Positions 1-9,208 of a stretch of DNA of 24,000 nt are shown one piece after another (the stretch's first letter is position 1; every line of letters begins with the position of its first letter). Where the stretch lies: NCBI GenBank assembly GCA_036501365.1, contig DASYAL010000060.1, positions 151,185 to 175,184 on the forward strand, read 5' to 3'. The notes beneath the pieces are model-generated. The model ran no database searches and was not told the origin of the DNA. It was given only the letters and a program-made list of their open reading frames with translations. The translations under genes were made by a program, and so were the position numbers. This stretch comes from Stellaceae bacterium (GTDB lineage Bacteria > Pseudomonadota > Alphaproteobacteria > ATCC43930 > CGMCC-115725).

Positions 1-404
1 CCGTCGAGGCCGATCAGGTCGATGGCGGCGATGGCGCGCTGGCGCCGTTCGTCGCGCGGCACGCCCTGCGCCTCGAGCCCGAGCTCGACATTGCCGAGCA
101 CGGTCAGCCACGGGAAGAGCGCGAAGCTCTGGAACACCATCGCGATGCCGTAAGCAGGGCCGTAAACCGGCTGGCCGCGATAGGTCACGGCGCCTTCGCT
201 CGGCGGCGTCAGCCCCGCAACCACGCGCAGGAAGGTCGATTTGCCCGAGCCCGACTTGCCGAGGATGGCGACAATCTCGCCTTCCTTGAGGGTGAAGTCG
301 ATATGGTCGAGCACCAGGCGGCCGGCGTGATCCGGCTGCTGATAAGTCTTGCAGATGCTCGTTGCAGCAATGAGGTTGGTGTCGACGGTGGTGATCGTGT
401 CCAT
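1..404 (-). CDS. ABC transporter ATP-binding protein, NitT/TauT (nitrate/sulfonate/taurine) type; C-terminus cut by window edge
   Basis: The reverse strand from the ATG at 404 translates as MDTITTVDTNLIAATSICKTYQQ...EGEIVAILGKSGSGKSTFLRVVAGL...MVFQSFALFPWLTV, with Walker A GKSGSGKST and a Q-loop. The frame stays open to position 1. Confidence 0.93.
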   Translation of the reverse strand, partial: MDTITTVDTNLIAATSICKTYQQPDHAGRLVLDHIDFTLKEGEIVAILGKSGSGKSTFLRVVAGLTPPSEGAVTYRGQPVYGPAYGIAMVFQSFALFPWLTVLGNVELGLEAQGVPRDERRQRAIAAIDLIGLD

Positions 405-408
405 GGGG

Positions 409-2145
409 TCAGTCCAGCCGTAGCCGCTCTTCGGCAAGGTGATAGAGCCGCCGCCAGAGCAGCCGATTGATCACCAAGACATAGAGGCTCAGCACCGTAA
501 TGCCGAGGGCGATGCGAGGGAAGTCGCCTTTTGCCGTCATCTCGGCGATATAGGCGCCGATGCCGGTCGCCTGCAGCGTCGTGTCGCCCCATTTCGCGAT
601 CTCGGCGACGATCGAGGCGTTCCACGAGCCGCCCGAGGCGGTCACCGCGCCGGTGACATAGGCCGGGAAGATCGCCGGGAGGATCAGCCGCCGCCACCAC
701 AGCCAGTGGCGCACGCCGAGATTGCCGGCGACGAGCTGGTAATCGGTCGGCAGCGCCAGAGTGCCGGCGATGACGTTGAAGAGGATGTACCACTGCGTGC
801 CGAGGATCATCAGCGGCGATAGCCAGATCTCGGGGTTGAGCTTGTAGAGGACGATCGCCGACACGACGATCGGGAAGAACAGATTGGCCGGGAAGGCGGC
901 GAGGAACTGGATGATCGGCTGGACGCGATGCGCGACGCGCGGGCGCAAGCCGATCCAGACGCCGATCGGCACCCAGACGACCGAGGCAAGGACGATCAGC
1001 ACCAGCACGCGCACCAGGGTGAGGAAACCGAGGAACACCACATGCAGGACCTCGCCCAGGCTGACCTCGGCATGGACGAAGTTGCCGATCCCGTAAAGCG
1101 CCGCCAGGGCGATGAGCAGCAAAACGATGTTCCATGCCGTGTCGAGTAGCGGCAGGTGGCGCGGCGCTGTCGGCCGCCGCAGCGTCGGCCGCGGCAGGTT
1201 GTGGGTGATCCGGCTGAGGACCGCGGCGCCGAAATCGACCGAGCCGGTCAAGAGGCGGATGAGCCGCGCGCGCTGCACCATGATGAGGAACCAGGGCGGC
1301 TCGACTTCGTCCTCGCCGAGCTCCTCGAATTTGAAGCGTTGCGCCCAGGCGAGCAACGGCCGGAAGAGAAGCTGGTCGTACATCAGAATCAGCACGAGCA
1401 TCGCGAGGATGGCGTAGAGCACGGCGCTCAAGTCGCGCTGGTCGATCGCCAGCGATATGTAGGAGCCGATGCCCGGCAACAGCACCTGGTGGTCGGCGAC
1501 GCTGATCGCTTCAGAGGCAACGACGAAGAACCAGCCGCCCGAGACCGACATCATCATGTTCCAGATGAGTTGCGGCATCGCGAACGGCACTTCGAGCTGC
1601 CAGAAGCTCTGCCACGGCGAGAGGTGATACATGCGCGCGGCTTCGCGCAGATCGTGGGGCACGGCGATGAAGGACTGATACAGGCTGAACGTCATGTTCC
1701 AGGCCTGCGAGGTGAAGATCGCGAAGATCGCCGCGCATTCGTAGCCGAGGAGACTGCCGGGGAAGAGCGCGATGAAGCCGGTCACGGTGATCGAGAGGAA
1801 GCCCAGGATCGGCACCGATTGCAGGATGTCGAGGATCGGAATGAGCAGCTTCTCGGCGCGCTTGCTCTTGGCGGCGATCGCCGCATAGACGAGGCTGAAT
1901 ACCAGCGAGGCGATCAGCGCCGCCACCATGCGCAGCACGGTGCGCAACCCGTATTGCGGCAGGTAGCGCGGATCGAGCGAGATCGGCAGCGTCTCGCCGG
2001 GGTGATAGGGCACGCTCATCTGCCGGCTCGCCCAGGCGATGAGGATGATGACGCCGATCACCAAAGGCAGCGCGATACCGTCCCAATAGCTCGGGCGAAG
2101 GCGCGACGGCCAAGCGACGATCGGCAAGCCCCAGCGCTGTTGCAT
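409..2145 (-). CDS. ABC transporter permease with two fused BPD_transp_1-type domains (NitT/TauT-like)
   Basis: 578 aa highly hydrophobic ORF with two EAA-like loops (HDLREAARMYHLSPWQSFWQLEVPFAMPQ and LVAGNLGVRHWLWWRRLILPAIFPAYVTG). It is immediately upstream of the ATPase gene on the same strand. Confidence 0.92.
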   Translation of the reverse strand: MQQRWGLPIVAWPSRLRPSYWDGIALPLVIGVIILIAWASRQMSVPYHPGETLPISLDPRYLPQYGLRTVLRMVAALIASLVFSLVYAAIAAKSKRAEKLLIPILDILQSVPILGFLSITVTGFIALFPGSLLGYECAAIFAIFTSQAWNMTFSLYQSFIAVPHDLREAARMYHLSPWQSFWQLEVPFAMPQLIWNMMMSVSGGWFFVVASEAISVADHQVLLPGIGSYISLAIDQRDLSAVLYAILAMLVLILMYDQLLFRPLLAWAQRFKFEELGEDEVEPPWFLIMVQRARLIRLLTGSVDFGAAVLSRITHNLPRPTLRRPTAPRHLPLLDTAWNIVLLLIALAALYGIGNFVHAEVSLGEVLHVVFLGFLTLVRVLVLIVLASVVWVPIGVWIGLRPRVAHRVQPIIQFLAAFPANLFFPIVVSAIVLYKLNPEIWLSPLMILGTQWYILFNVIAGTLALPTDYQLVAGNLGVRHWLWWRRLILPAIFPAYVTGAVTASGGSWNASIVAEIAKWGDTTLQATGIGAYIAEMTAKGDFPRIALGITVLSLYVLVINRLLWRRLYHLAEERLRLD

Positions 2146-2327
2146 CGAATCGCCCGTCCCCGGCTCTCAGGATGTTGCATGAGGCCCATCGCGGAGGGGC
2201 GACCCGACGATCGCGACAGGCGAGCCGGGTTTAGCCAAAGATCATGACAAGGAAAAGACATTTGCGGGCGAACGGGCCGCGCCAGCGTCCTTGCGTCCAG
2301 TCAGGGGCGGCCCTAGGTTTTTGCTGC

Positions 2328-2351
2328 GCTCGCGGACGATGATCCGCGAGC
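2328..2351 (+). promoter_or_regulatory. Perfect 9-bp hairpin in the putative 5' UTR of the haem-motif/Vgb-like gene
   Basis: GCTCGCGGA-CGATGA-TCCGCGAGC. It lies about 10 nt upstream of the Shine-Dalgarno GGGAGG and 20 nt upstream of the ATG at 2372. Confidence 0.4.
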
Positions 2352-2371
2352 CATCCAAGGGAGGAAGTATC

Positions 2372-4051
2372 ATGCGCGCTCGGCAGGGTGTTTCCGCCTG
2401 GTTGTTGGGTGTTCTCGCGGCATCGCTCGTCTTCGCGACATCGGGCGCGTCAGCCGCCGGCGGTTCGGCGCCGGCTTTGACCGGCATCGTCACGTCGACC
2501 GAAGGCACGCCGCTCGAAGGCGTCGTCGTCAGCGCCGGCCACCCCGGGTCGAACATCACCGTCTCGGTGGTCACCGGCGCCAATGGCCGCTACAGCTTCC
2601 CGGCCGGCAAGCTCGCGCCGGGCGGCTATTTCCTCTCGATCCGCGCGACCGGCTACGAGCTCGATGGTGCCGGCGCGGCGCAGGTCGGCGCCCCGAACGC
2701 CGCGACCGATCTGAAGCTCAAGTCGGCGCATGATCTCGCCGCGCAGCTCACCAATGCCGAATGGATCCTCAGCTTTCCAGGCACCGATCAGCAGAAGAGC
2801 ATGCTCGTCAACTGCGTCGGCTGCCACACGCTGGAGCGCGTCGCGCGCTCGACCCATACCGCTGACGAGTGGGTGACCACCATCGACCGGATGAACCACT
2901 ATGCGCAGGTCAGCCAGCCGATCAAGCCGCAAAAGCGCGTCGGCGCCCCCGAGAACACGCCGGCGCCGGAGCTCGTCCGCCGCCAGGCCGAATATCTCGC
3001 CAGCATCAATCTCAGCGCGACGCCGAAATGGCAGTATCCGCTGAAGACTTTGTCGCGCGTCACCGGCCGCGGCACCCGCGTCGTGATCACGGAATACGGC
3101 CTGCCGCGGCCGACGGTCGAGCCGCATGACGTGATCCTCGATGGCAACGGCCGTGTCTGGTATTCGGATTTCGGCGAGATGACGTTCGGCAGCGTCGATC
3201 CCAAGACCGGCAAGGTCACCGAGTATCCGGTGAAGACGCTGAAGCCCGGCTATCCGGTCGGGATGCTCGATCTCGAGCGCGACCACCAGGGCAATTTCTG
3301 GCTCGGCGCGATGTTCCAGGGCGCGCTGGCCAAGTTCGACCGCAAGACCGACAAATTCCAGTTCTGGAGCTTGCCGAAAGCTGCGAACGACGACGTCGCG
3401 CAGATCAACATGGTCACGACCAAGTCCGACGTCTCGGGCAAGGTCTGGACCAACAATGTCGGTCACGGCGACATCTACCGGCTCGATCTCAAGACCGGCC
3501 AGTATCAGCACTTCATGCCCTATAGCGATCTACCGGCCGATTCGCCGATGGCGCACCGGCCGCATGCGATTTACGGCCTTGCTTCCGATTCGCACGACAA
3601 CCTGTTCTTCACCGACTTTGTTGGTCGGTGGATCGGGCGCATCGATGCGCAAACCGGCAAGGCGTCGTTCTATGCGACGCCGACCGACAACTCGCGCCCG
3701 CGCCGCGGCCAGATGGACGGCCAGGACCGGTTCTGGTTCGCGGAATACGGCGCCAACCGCGTGGCGATGCTCGACACCAAGAGCGGCACCTTCCGGGAAT
3801 GGGAGATGCCGACGGCCTGGACCGCGCCCTATGACGTCACGATCGACAAGAATGGCGAGATCTGGACCGGCGGCATGACGACCGATCGCATCGTGCGCCT
3901 CGATCCGAAGAACGGCACCGCGGTTGAATATCCGATGCCGCGCGACACCAACATCCGCCGCGTCTTCGTCGACGAGCAGACGACCCCGGTCACTTTCTGG
4001 GCCGGCAGCAACCACGACGCCGCGGTGGTAAAGGTCGAGCCGCTCGACTGA
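2372..4051 (+). CDS. Secreted protein: signal peptide, carboxypeptidase-regulatory-like (Ig/CNA-B-like) domain, CxxCH cytochrome c-type motif, and C-terminal Vgb/streptogramin-lyase-like beta-propeller
   Basis: The ATG at 2372 follows a GGGAGGAAG Shine-Dalgarno. Features in the translation are signal peptide MRARQGVSAWLLGVLAASLVFATSGASA, domain GIVTSTEGTPLEGVVVSAGHPG..., MLVNCVGCHTLERV, and propeller repeats (GRVWYSDFGEMTFGSVDPKTGKVTEYP, NLFFTDFVGRWIGRID, DRFWFAEYGANRVAMLD, GEIWTGGMTTDRIVRLD). Confidence 0.85.
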   Translation: MRARQGVSAWLLGVLAASLVFATSGASAAGGSAPALTGIVTSTEGTPLEGVVVSAGHPGSNITVSVVTGANGRYSFPAGKLAPGGYFLSIRATGYELDGAGAAQVGAPNAATDLKLKSAHDLAAQLTNAEWILSFPGTDQQKSMLVNCVGCHTLERVARSTHTADEWVTTIDRMNHYAQVSQPIKPQKRVGAPENTPAPELVRRQAEYLASINLSATPKWQYPLKTLSRVTGRGTRVVITEYGLPRPTVEPHDVILDGNGRVWYSDFGEMTFGSVDPKTGKVTEYPVKTLKPGYPVGMLDLERDHQGNFWLGAMFQGALAKFDRKTDKFQFWSLPKAANDDVAQINMVTTKSDVSGKVWTNNVGHGDIYRLDLKTGQYQHFMPYSDLPADSPMAHRPHAIYGLASDSHDNLFFTDFVGRWIGRIDAQTGKASFYATPTDNSRPRRGQMDGQDRFWFAEYGANRVAMLDTKSGTFREWEMPTAWTAPYDVTIDKNGEIWTGGMTTDRIVRLDPKNGTAVEYPMPRDTNIRRVFVDEQTTPVTFWAGSNHDAAVVKVEPLD

Positions 4052-4077
4052 CGCGAGGAAGCGAAGGCGCGCGCCGC

Positions 4078-5307
4078 TCAGGCGTGCTTGCGCGCCGGCT
4101 CTTCGGTCGGCGCCGGCCCTTGGCTCACCCCCGCGGGGCTGACGTCGGCGATGCCGATGATCCGCGCCGCCGGAAAGCACGCGCGCGCGGTCGTGCCGTC
4201 GCCGACCTTGCTGTCGAGCTCGAATGTGCCGCCGTGAAGCCGCATCATCACGGCGACCAGCGGTAGGCCGAGGCCGGTGCCGTTATGGGCGCGGCTCAAA
4301 GCGCTGTCGACCTGCACGAAGGGCTGCATCACGCGCGGCAAATCCTCTTCGGAAATGCCGATGCCGCTGTCCTTGACGGCGATCACGAAGCCGCGCTCGG
4401 GATCGTTCTCGACCGTGACCGTGATCTTGCCGCCGACCGGCGTGAACTTCACCGCGTTCGACAGCAGGTTGAGTAGGATCTGCTTGAGCTTCAGCCGGTC
4501 ACAGAACAGGAGCGGCGGCACGTCGGGCATGATGGTCTCGAGCGACAGACCGGCATCGTCGGCCTTGGGGCTCACCAGGCGCACCACCGTCCGCACGACG
4601 TTGGCAACGTCGACGGTCTCCTCGAGGAGGTCAAGCCGGCCGGCTTCAGCCTTCGAGAGGTCGAGGATCTCGTTGATGATCTTCAGGAGGTCGGTGCCGG
4701 CGTCGAAGATGTCGCGAACATAGGCCTCGTAGGTCGGATTGTTCATCGCGCCCTGGGCGCCGCCGATCATCAACTCCGAGAAGCCGATGATCGCGTTGAG
4801 CGGTGTCCTCAGCTCGTGGCTGATATTGGCGAGGAATTCCGACTTGGCGCGATTCGCCGCCTCGGCACTTTCCTTGGCGACGCGCAGGGTTTCGTAGGCA
4901 GAGCGGTTCTCGACTTCGAGGTTGTGGCGCTCGAACGCGCGGTCGAGCACGGCGCGCAATTCGTCGGGGTCGCAGCTCTTGTCGAAATAGTCGTAGGCGC
5001 CGCGACGTAGCGCGGTAACCGCCGTTTGTGTATCGGCATGCGCCGTCATCATGATGCCGATGAGATCGGGCCGCTCGGCCTTGAGCTTCGCGAGGAGCTC
5101 GACGCCCGACATCCCGCCCAGCCGCACGTCGATGATCGCGATCGGCGGCGCATACCGCTTGAGCGCGATCGCTGCCGTCTCCGGCCGGTCGGCGATGATC
5201 GGCTCATAGCCGGCCGGAATCAGGATGTCGGCGATCGATTCGGCGAATTCCTGATCGTCGTCGACGATCAGGATCTGCCGCATCGCGAGGGGTGCCGTTT
5301 CGGCCAT
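4078..5307 (-). CDS. Hybrid histidine kinase with N-terminal receiver domain (REC-HisKA-HATPase_c)
   Basis: Receiver: [31 protein letters not shown]. Kinase: [19 protein letters not shown] (H-box), [10 protein letters not shown] (N-box), DSGIGI and GTGLGLPL (G-boxes). Confidence 0.95.
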   Translation of the reverse strand: MAETAPLAMRQILIVDDDQEFAESIADILIPAGYEPIIADRPETAAIALKRYAPPIAIIDVRLGGMSGVELLAKLKAERPDLIGIMMTAHADTQTAVTALRRGAYDYFDKSCDPDELRAVLDRAFERHNLEVENRSAYETLRVAKESAEAANRAKSEFLANISHELRTPLNAIIGFSELMIGGAQGAMNNPTYEAYVRDIFDAGTDLLKIINEILDLSKAEAGRLDLLEETVDVANVVRTVVRLVSPKADDAGLSLETIMPDVPPLLFCDRLKLKQILLNLLSNAVKFTPVGGKITVTVENDPERGFVIAVKDSGIGISEEDLPRVMQPFVQVDSALSRAHNGTGLGLPLVAVMMRLHGGTFELDSKVGDGTTARACFPAARIIGIADVSPAGVSQGPAPTEEPARKHA

Positions 5308-5313
5308 GACGAT

Positions 5314-6051
5314 TTACGCGGCGGTTTTCCCGACATCGCCCGCGGTGGCGCGGGCGATCGCGTGCAAGAGCTCGGTCGGATCGAAGGGCTTCATCAAGAT
5401 GCCGCTTTCGGAGCGCAGCTCCGACACGGCGTTGCTGCGCTCGCCCGGAAGCCCGGTGACGAAGATCGTCGGGATCGCCTTGCCGAGGGCTCTGAGCTTG
5501 CGATAGACGTCGATTCCCGTCAGCAGCGGCATTGAAAGGTCGAGCACCAGGCAATCGACGCCTTCGGCCGTGGCGCGCGCCAGCGCCTCCTCGCCGGTCG
5601 AGGCGAGCACGACCCGATAGCCATGTCGGGTGAGGATCGGCTCGAGGCTGGCGGCGAAATCGGGATCGTCATCGGCCACCAGCACCATGCCGCGCGGCTT
5701 GATGCGCTCGAGCACCTGGAGGAGATCCTGGATCGCGAAAGGCTTGCGCAACACGCCGAGGGCGCCGTTCTCGATCGCCTGGGTGATGAGCTGCTCGAGG
5801 CTGAAGCCCGTCATCATCATGACCCGCGCATCGGGTCGGATCTTCTTGAACTCGAAGAACGTCTCGACGCCGTTCATGCCCGGCAGCTTGACGTCCATGA
5901 AAACGATGTCGAAGTCGTGGCGCTTGAAGATCTCGACGCCCTGCTCCCCCGAGAAGGCCGCCTCGACCTCATGGCCGCGCATCGACAGGATATCGACGAT
6001 GCTTTCCGCGTGATCGCGGTCGTCGTCGATGACCAGAACCCTCGCCGTCAT
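5314..6051 (-). CDS. Response regulator made of two receiver domains and no output domain
   Basis: REC1: VLVIDDDRDH, FMDVKLPGMNG, MMTG, RKPF. REC2: VLVADDDPDF, VLDLSMPLLTG, FVTG, MKPF. The 245 aa are fully accounted for by the two REC domains. Confidence 0.94.
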   Translation of the reverse strand: MTARVLVIDDDRDHAESIVDILSMRGHEVEAAFSGEQGVEIFKRHDFDIVFMDVKLPGMNGVETFFEFKKIRPDARVMMMTGFSLEQLITQAIENGALGVLRKPFAIQDLLQVLERIKPRGMVLVADDDPDFAASLEPILTRHGYRVVLASTGEEALARATAEGVDCLVLDLSMPLLTGIDVYRKLRALGKAIPTIFVTGLPGERSNAVSELRSESGILMKPFDPTELLHAIARATAGDVGKTAA

Positions 6052-7898
6052 GCTGCTATCCCCTTCATTTTCCGCGCGAGCCGGTTGAGCCGCACCGTCA
6101 CCTGGGTACCCCTACCAAGCTCGCTCGCGATCGTGATCGTGCCGCCGTGCTGTTCGACGATCTGCTTCACCATTGGCAGGCCGAGGCCGGTGCCGAAACT
6201 CTTGGTGCTGAACAGAGGCTCGAAGACCTTGGGCAATACCTCCGGCGAGATGCCGCTGCCGGTATCCGCGACCACGAGCTGAAAGCGGTCTTCGACGATG
6301 GCAGTCGTCACCGCGATCCTGCGCTCGCGGGCATCCTCGGGAATCGCCTGGGCGGCATTGTCGATGAGGTTGATGAGCACGCGGCGCATGCGCTCGAGAT
6401 CGATTGCGACCATGCAGCCGGCGTCGAGATGGCGCGTTATCTCGATGCCGGTGGGGACGCGCTGCTCGCTCAGCACTTCATCGACCCACGGATCGACCGC
6501 AAGCTCGCTCAAGCGCAGCTCCTTTATACGCGTATAGTCGAGCAAATCGTTGATGATGCAGTCGCACCGCGCGACGCTGCGCTCGACGCGCGAGATCGGC
6601 CGCTCGAGATCGATGCCCTTGGCTACGGCGGTCTCTTTCAGCGCGAACAGGGTGTTGCGGATGGCGCTCAGGGGGTTGCGCAGCTCGTGCGCCATGGTTG
6701 CGGTCAGCTGACCCAGCGCCGACAACCGTTCTTTGCGCACCAACTCGCTCTGCGTCGCCCTGAGCTCGGCGGTGCGCTCTTCGACGCGGCGCGCAAGCTC
6801 GATCTCGACCGCCATTTCCGCGGTCACGTCCCGGCCCGAGCCGCGATAGCCGCGGAAATGGCCCTTCGCGTCGAAGACCGGCTTGCCGCTGACGCTGACA
6901 TGGATGATGTGTCCGTCCGGCAGCGTCCGCTTGAAGCGGAAATTGTGGAATGGCCGGTGCGCCGCCAGGTCGGCGTCATGCGCGGCCCACTGCTCCGGCG
7001 TTACGCCGCCTTCTTTGGCAGTCTCGTGCCGGGTCTTGCCCAGATCCTCGTCGCTGGTGATCTCATCCGAGCGCCCGCCGCCGGAAAAGCGCGCGAAGCG
7101 CAGATTCTCGTCCTGCTCCCAAAACCAGTCGGAGGTTGCTTCGGCGAAATCGCGGAACCGTGTTTCGCTCTCCGCGAGCGATTGCTGCGCCTCCTCGGCT
7201 TCCTCGCTCTTGAGATGATGATAGAGCGCAAAGACCAGCCCCATCGCCGCGAGAAGCAGGAAGATCATGGCGGCGAGCCCGGCCGCCTCGATTAAATTGC
7301 TGCGCAGAAAAGCGCCCATCGGCACGTCGATGACGAAAGCGCCCATCACGTCGTTCAGATGCCAAGCGGGCTTGCCGGCTTGGAGTTGGTTATGGCAGTC
7401 GACGCAGCTCTGCTGCGTCGCGAGCGAGGGGTAGACCGTGCGCTGGACTGGCTCGCCGTTGATCGACAGGATTTCCGTGACCGGCTTGGGACCGGGGGTC
7501 GCGGTGAAGGAGCGGATGGTCGCGGCCATGCCGGCATCGAGCGGCGCGGTCTTGATCTCGCGGCCGGGAAAGCCGACCAAGCGCAGATCGAAAATGCCAT
7601 CGCCGCCATGGGCTTTGCCGAAAGCGGTGATCGCGTCCGCGCGGAAGGTCGCTGGAACCGGTGCCTGCGATGCCGAAAGCTGCGTGCGCACCGCGGCATA
7701 CTCGTTGACGAAAGCGTCCACGAGTTGCAGCGCCGTGATCTTCTCTTCGCTCTTATGCTCCTTGAACCAGCTCAGATTCGACGCGTAGAAGCCGTAGCCG
7801 ACCCCGGCCGCGAGCAGCTGGCAGAAGCACAGGAAGATGATGAACCCTTGTCCCGATCGCGAGCCGAGAAACCGGGCGCATCGCGCCAATGGCCCCAT
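6048..7898 (-). CDS. Membrane sensor histidine kinase with extracytoplasmic Tll0287-like (DUF3365) haem-binding-type domain, PAS, HisKA and HATPase_c
   Basis: Two TM segments flank a region containing CVDCHNQLQ...GKPAWHLNDVMGAFVIDVPM. PAS-like region is FRDFAEATSDWFWEQDENLRF...GYRGSGRDVTA. Kinase motifs are LTATMAHELRNPLSAIRNTL, NLIDNAAQAI, DTGSGI and GTGLGLPMVK. Confidence 0.92.
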   Translation of the reverse strand: MGPLARCARFLGSRSGQGFIIFLCFCQLLAAGVGYGFYASNLSWFKEHKSEEKITALQLVDAFVNEYAAVRTQLSASQAPVPATFRADAITAFGKAHGGDGIFDLRLVGFPGREIKTAPLDAGMAATIRSFTATPGPKPVTEILSINGEPVQRTVYPSLATQQSCVDCHNQLQAGKPAWHLNDVMGAFVIDVPMGAFLRSNLIEAAGLAAMIFLLLAAMGLVFALYHHLKSEEAEEAQQSLAESETRFRDFAEATSDWFWEQDENLRFARFSGGGRSDEITSDEDLGKTRHETAKEGGVTPEQWAAHDADLAAHRPFHNFRFKRTLPDGHIIHVSVSGKPVFDAKGHFRGYRGSGRDVTAEMAVEIELARRVEERTAELRATQSELVRKERLSALGQLTATMAHELRNPLSAIRNTLFALKETAVAKGIDLERPISRVERSVARCDCIINDLLDYTRIKELRLSELAVDPWVDEVLSEQRVPTGIEITRHLDAGCMVAIDLERMRRVLINLIDNAAQAIPEDARERRIAVTTAIVEDRFQLVVADTGSGISPEVLPKVFEPLFSTKSFGTGLGLPMVKQIVEQHGGTITIASELGRGTQVTVRLNRLARKMKGIAA

Positions 7899-8024
7899 GA
7901 TCCGCCGCCCTTAATCCTCGCCGATTTCGCGGCGGATAATGGGCGCTCTTTCGTTAAGGGCGCATTAATTGAAATCGCCGGAATTCGAAAGAAAATCAGC
8001 GATCTAGCGAAGGTGAATCGATCG

Positions 8025-9170
8025 TTAACGCCAGAAATCGCGGCTGGCGATACGCGCGCCTTCCGCCATCGCCGCAAGCTTCGCCCAGACCACGTCCGCA
8101 TCGACCGCCGCCTGTCCGACCCAGGTGCCATAGCCGCAATCCGTGCCGGCGATCACATTCTCGCGGCCGACCAGGCGGGCGTAATTCGCGATCCGCTGCG
8201 CCACCAATTCGGGATGCTCGATGAAATTCGACTTCGATTCGAGCACGCCGGGAATCAGCAGCTTGCCCTCGGGCAACTTCACGCGCTCGAACACCCGCCA
8301 TTCATGGGCGTGGCGTGGATTGGCGGCCTCGAAGGAAATCGCGCTCGGCCGCGCCAGGAAGACGATGTCGAGGATCGCCTCGATCGGCACGTCGCAATGA
8401 TGCGGGCCTTCGTAATTGCCCCAACACAGATGCATGCGCATTTTATCGGGCGAGATGTTCGCCACCGCGTGGTTGAGCGCCTCGACATGCAGCCTTGCGG
8501 CCCTGCGGAATTCCTCGAGGCTGAGGTCGGCGTGCTGGATGTGGCGCCCCATCGCGAGATCGGGACAGTCGAGCTGAAGGATCAACCCCGCCGCGACGAT
8601 CGCCTCGTATTCCACGCGCATCGCCTCAGCGATCGCGGCGAGATAGGCCTCGGTGCTGCGATAATGGTCGTTGCGGAAAAACAGCGAAATCAGGCCCGGC
8701 GAGGCCGCGGTCAGGAATCCCTCGGCGGCGCTGCCGCCGCGCAGCGCCTGTTTCAGGTCGACGATGTCGCTCGCGACGGCGTGCGAATCCGCAACCGATA
8801 TCGGCCCGTTGCACGCCGGCGTCTTGCGCCGCGCGCGGCCAGGATCGCCGAACACCCGCCGCGCCAGCTCCGGGAACTCGACCAGATCCTGATAGACGAA
8901 GCTGTTGCTGCTGCCGCCAAAGCCGGCGAGACGGTCTTTGATATAGGTGGCGTAGGACGGCTTGCTCATCTCGCCGTCATTGACGATATCGACTCCGGCC
9001 GCGAGCTGCTTCCCGACGATGTCCTTCACCGCCGCCGCGATCCGCGCGGCGAGCGCCGCGCGCTCGACCGGGACGCTGTCTTCTTTGGCGAACATCATGC
9101 GCACCAGATCGGGCGGGCGCGGCAGGCTGCCGGTATGGGTGGTCAGAAATCGCTCCGTGCTGCGTTTCAT
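8025..9170 (-). CDS. Cobalamin-independent methionine synthase (MetE C-terminal)-like protein
   Basis: The likely start is MKRSTERFLTTHTGSLPRPPDLV (the ORF track opens further upstream, at 9230). The Zn-ligand pattern is retained: HLCWGN (HxC), SFEAAN (E) and GTDCGYGT (C). Confidence 0.88.
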   Translation of the reverse strand: MKRSTERFLTTHTGSLPRPPDLVRMMFAKEDSVPVERAALAARIAAAVKDIVGKQLAAGVDIVNDGEMSKPSYATYIKDRLAGFGGSSNSFVYQDLVEFPELARRVFGDPGRARRKTPACNGPISVADSHAVASDIVDLKQALRGGSAAEGFLTAASPGLISLFFRNDHYRSTEAYLAAIAEAMRVEYEAIVAAGLILQLDCPDLAMGRHIQHADLSLEEFRRAARLHVEALNHAVANISPDKMRMHLCWGNYEGPHHCDVPIEAILDIVFLARPSAISFEAANPRHAHEWRVFERVKLPEGKLLIPGVLESKSNFIEHPELVAQRIANYARLVGRENVIAGTDCGYGTWVGQAAVDADVVWAKLAAMAEGARIASRDFWR

Positions 9171-9208
9171 GGTTGACTCGCCGAAAGGATCGCCGCCGAA
9201 ATAATCGC

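Noticed and set aside
7359-9176. 605 aa plus-strand ORF spanning the kinase start and the MetE-like gene
   Set aside because: It is antisense to two genes with strong family motifs, has no recognisable domains, and shows the Arg/Gly/Asp/His-rich composition typical of antisense frames in high-GC DNA.
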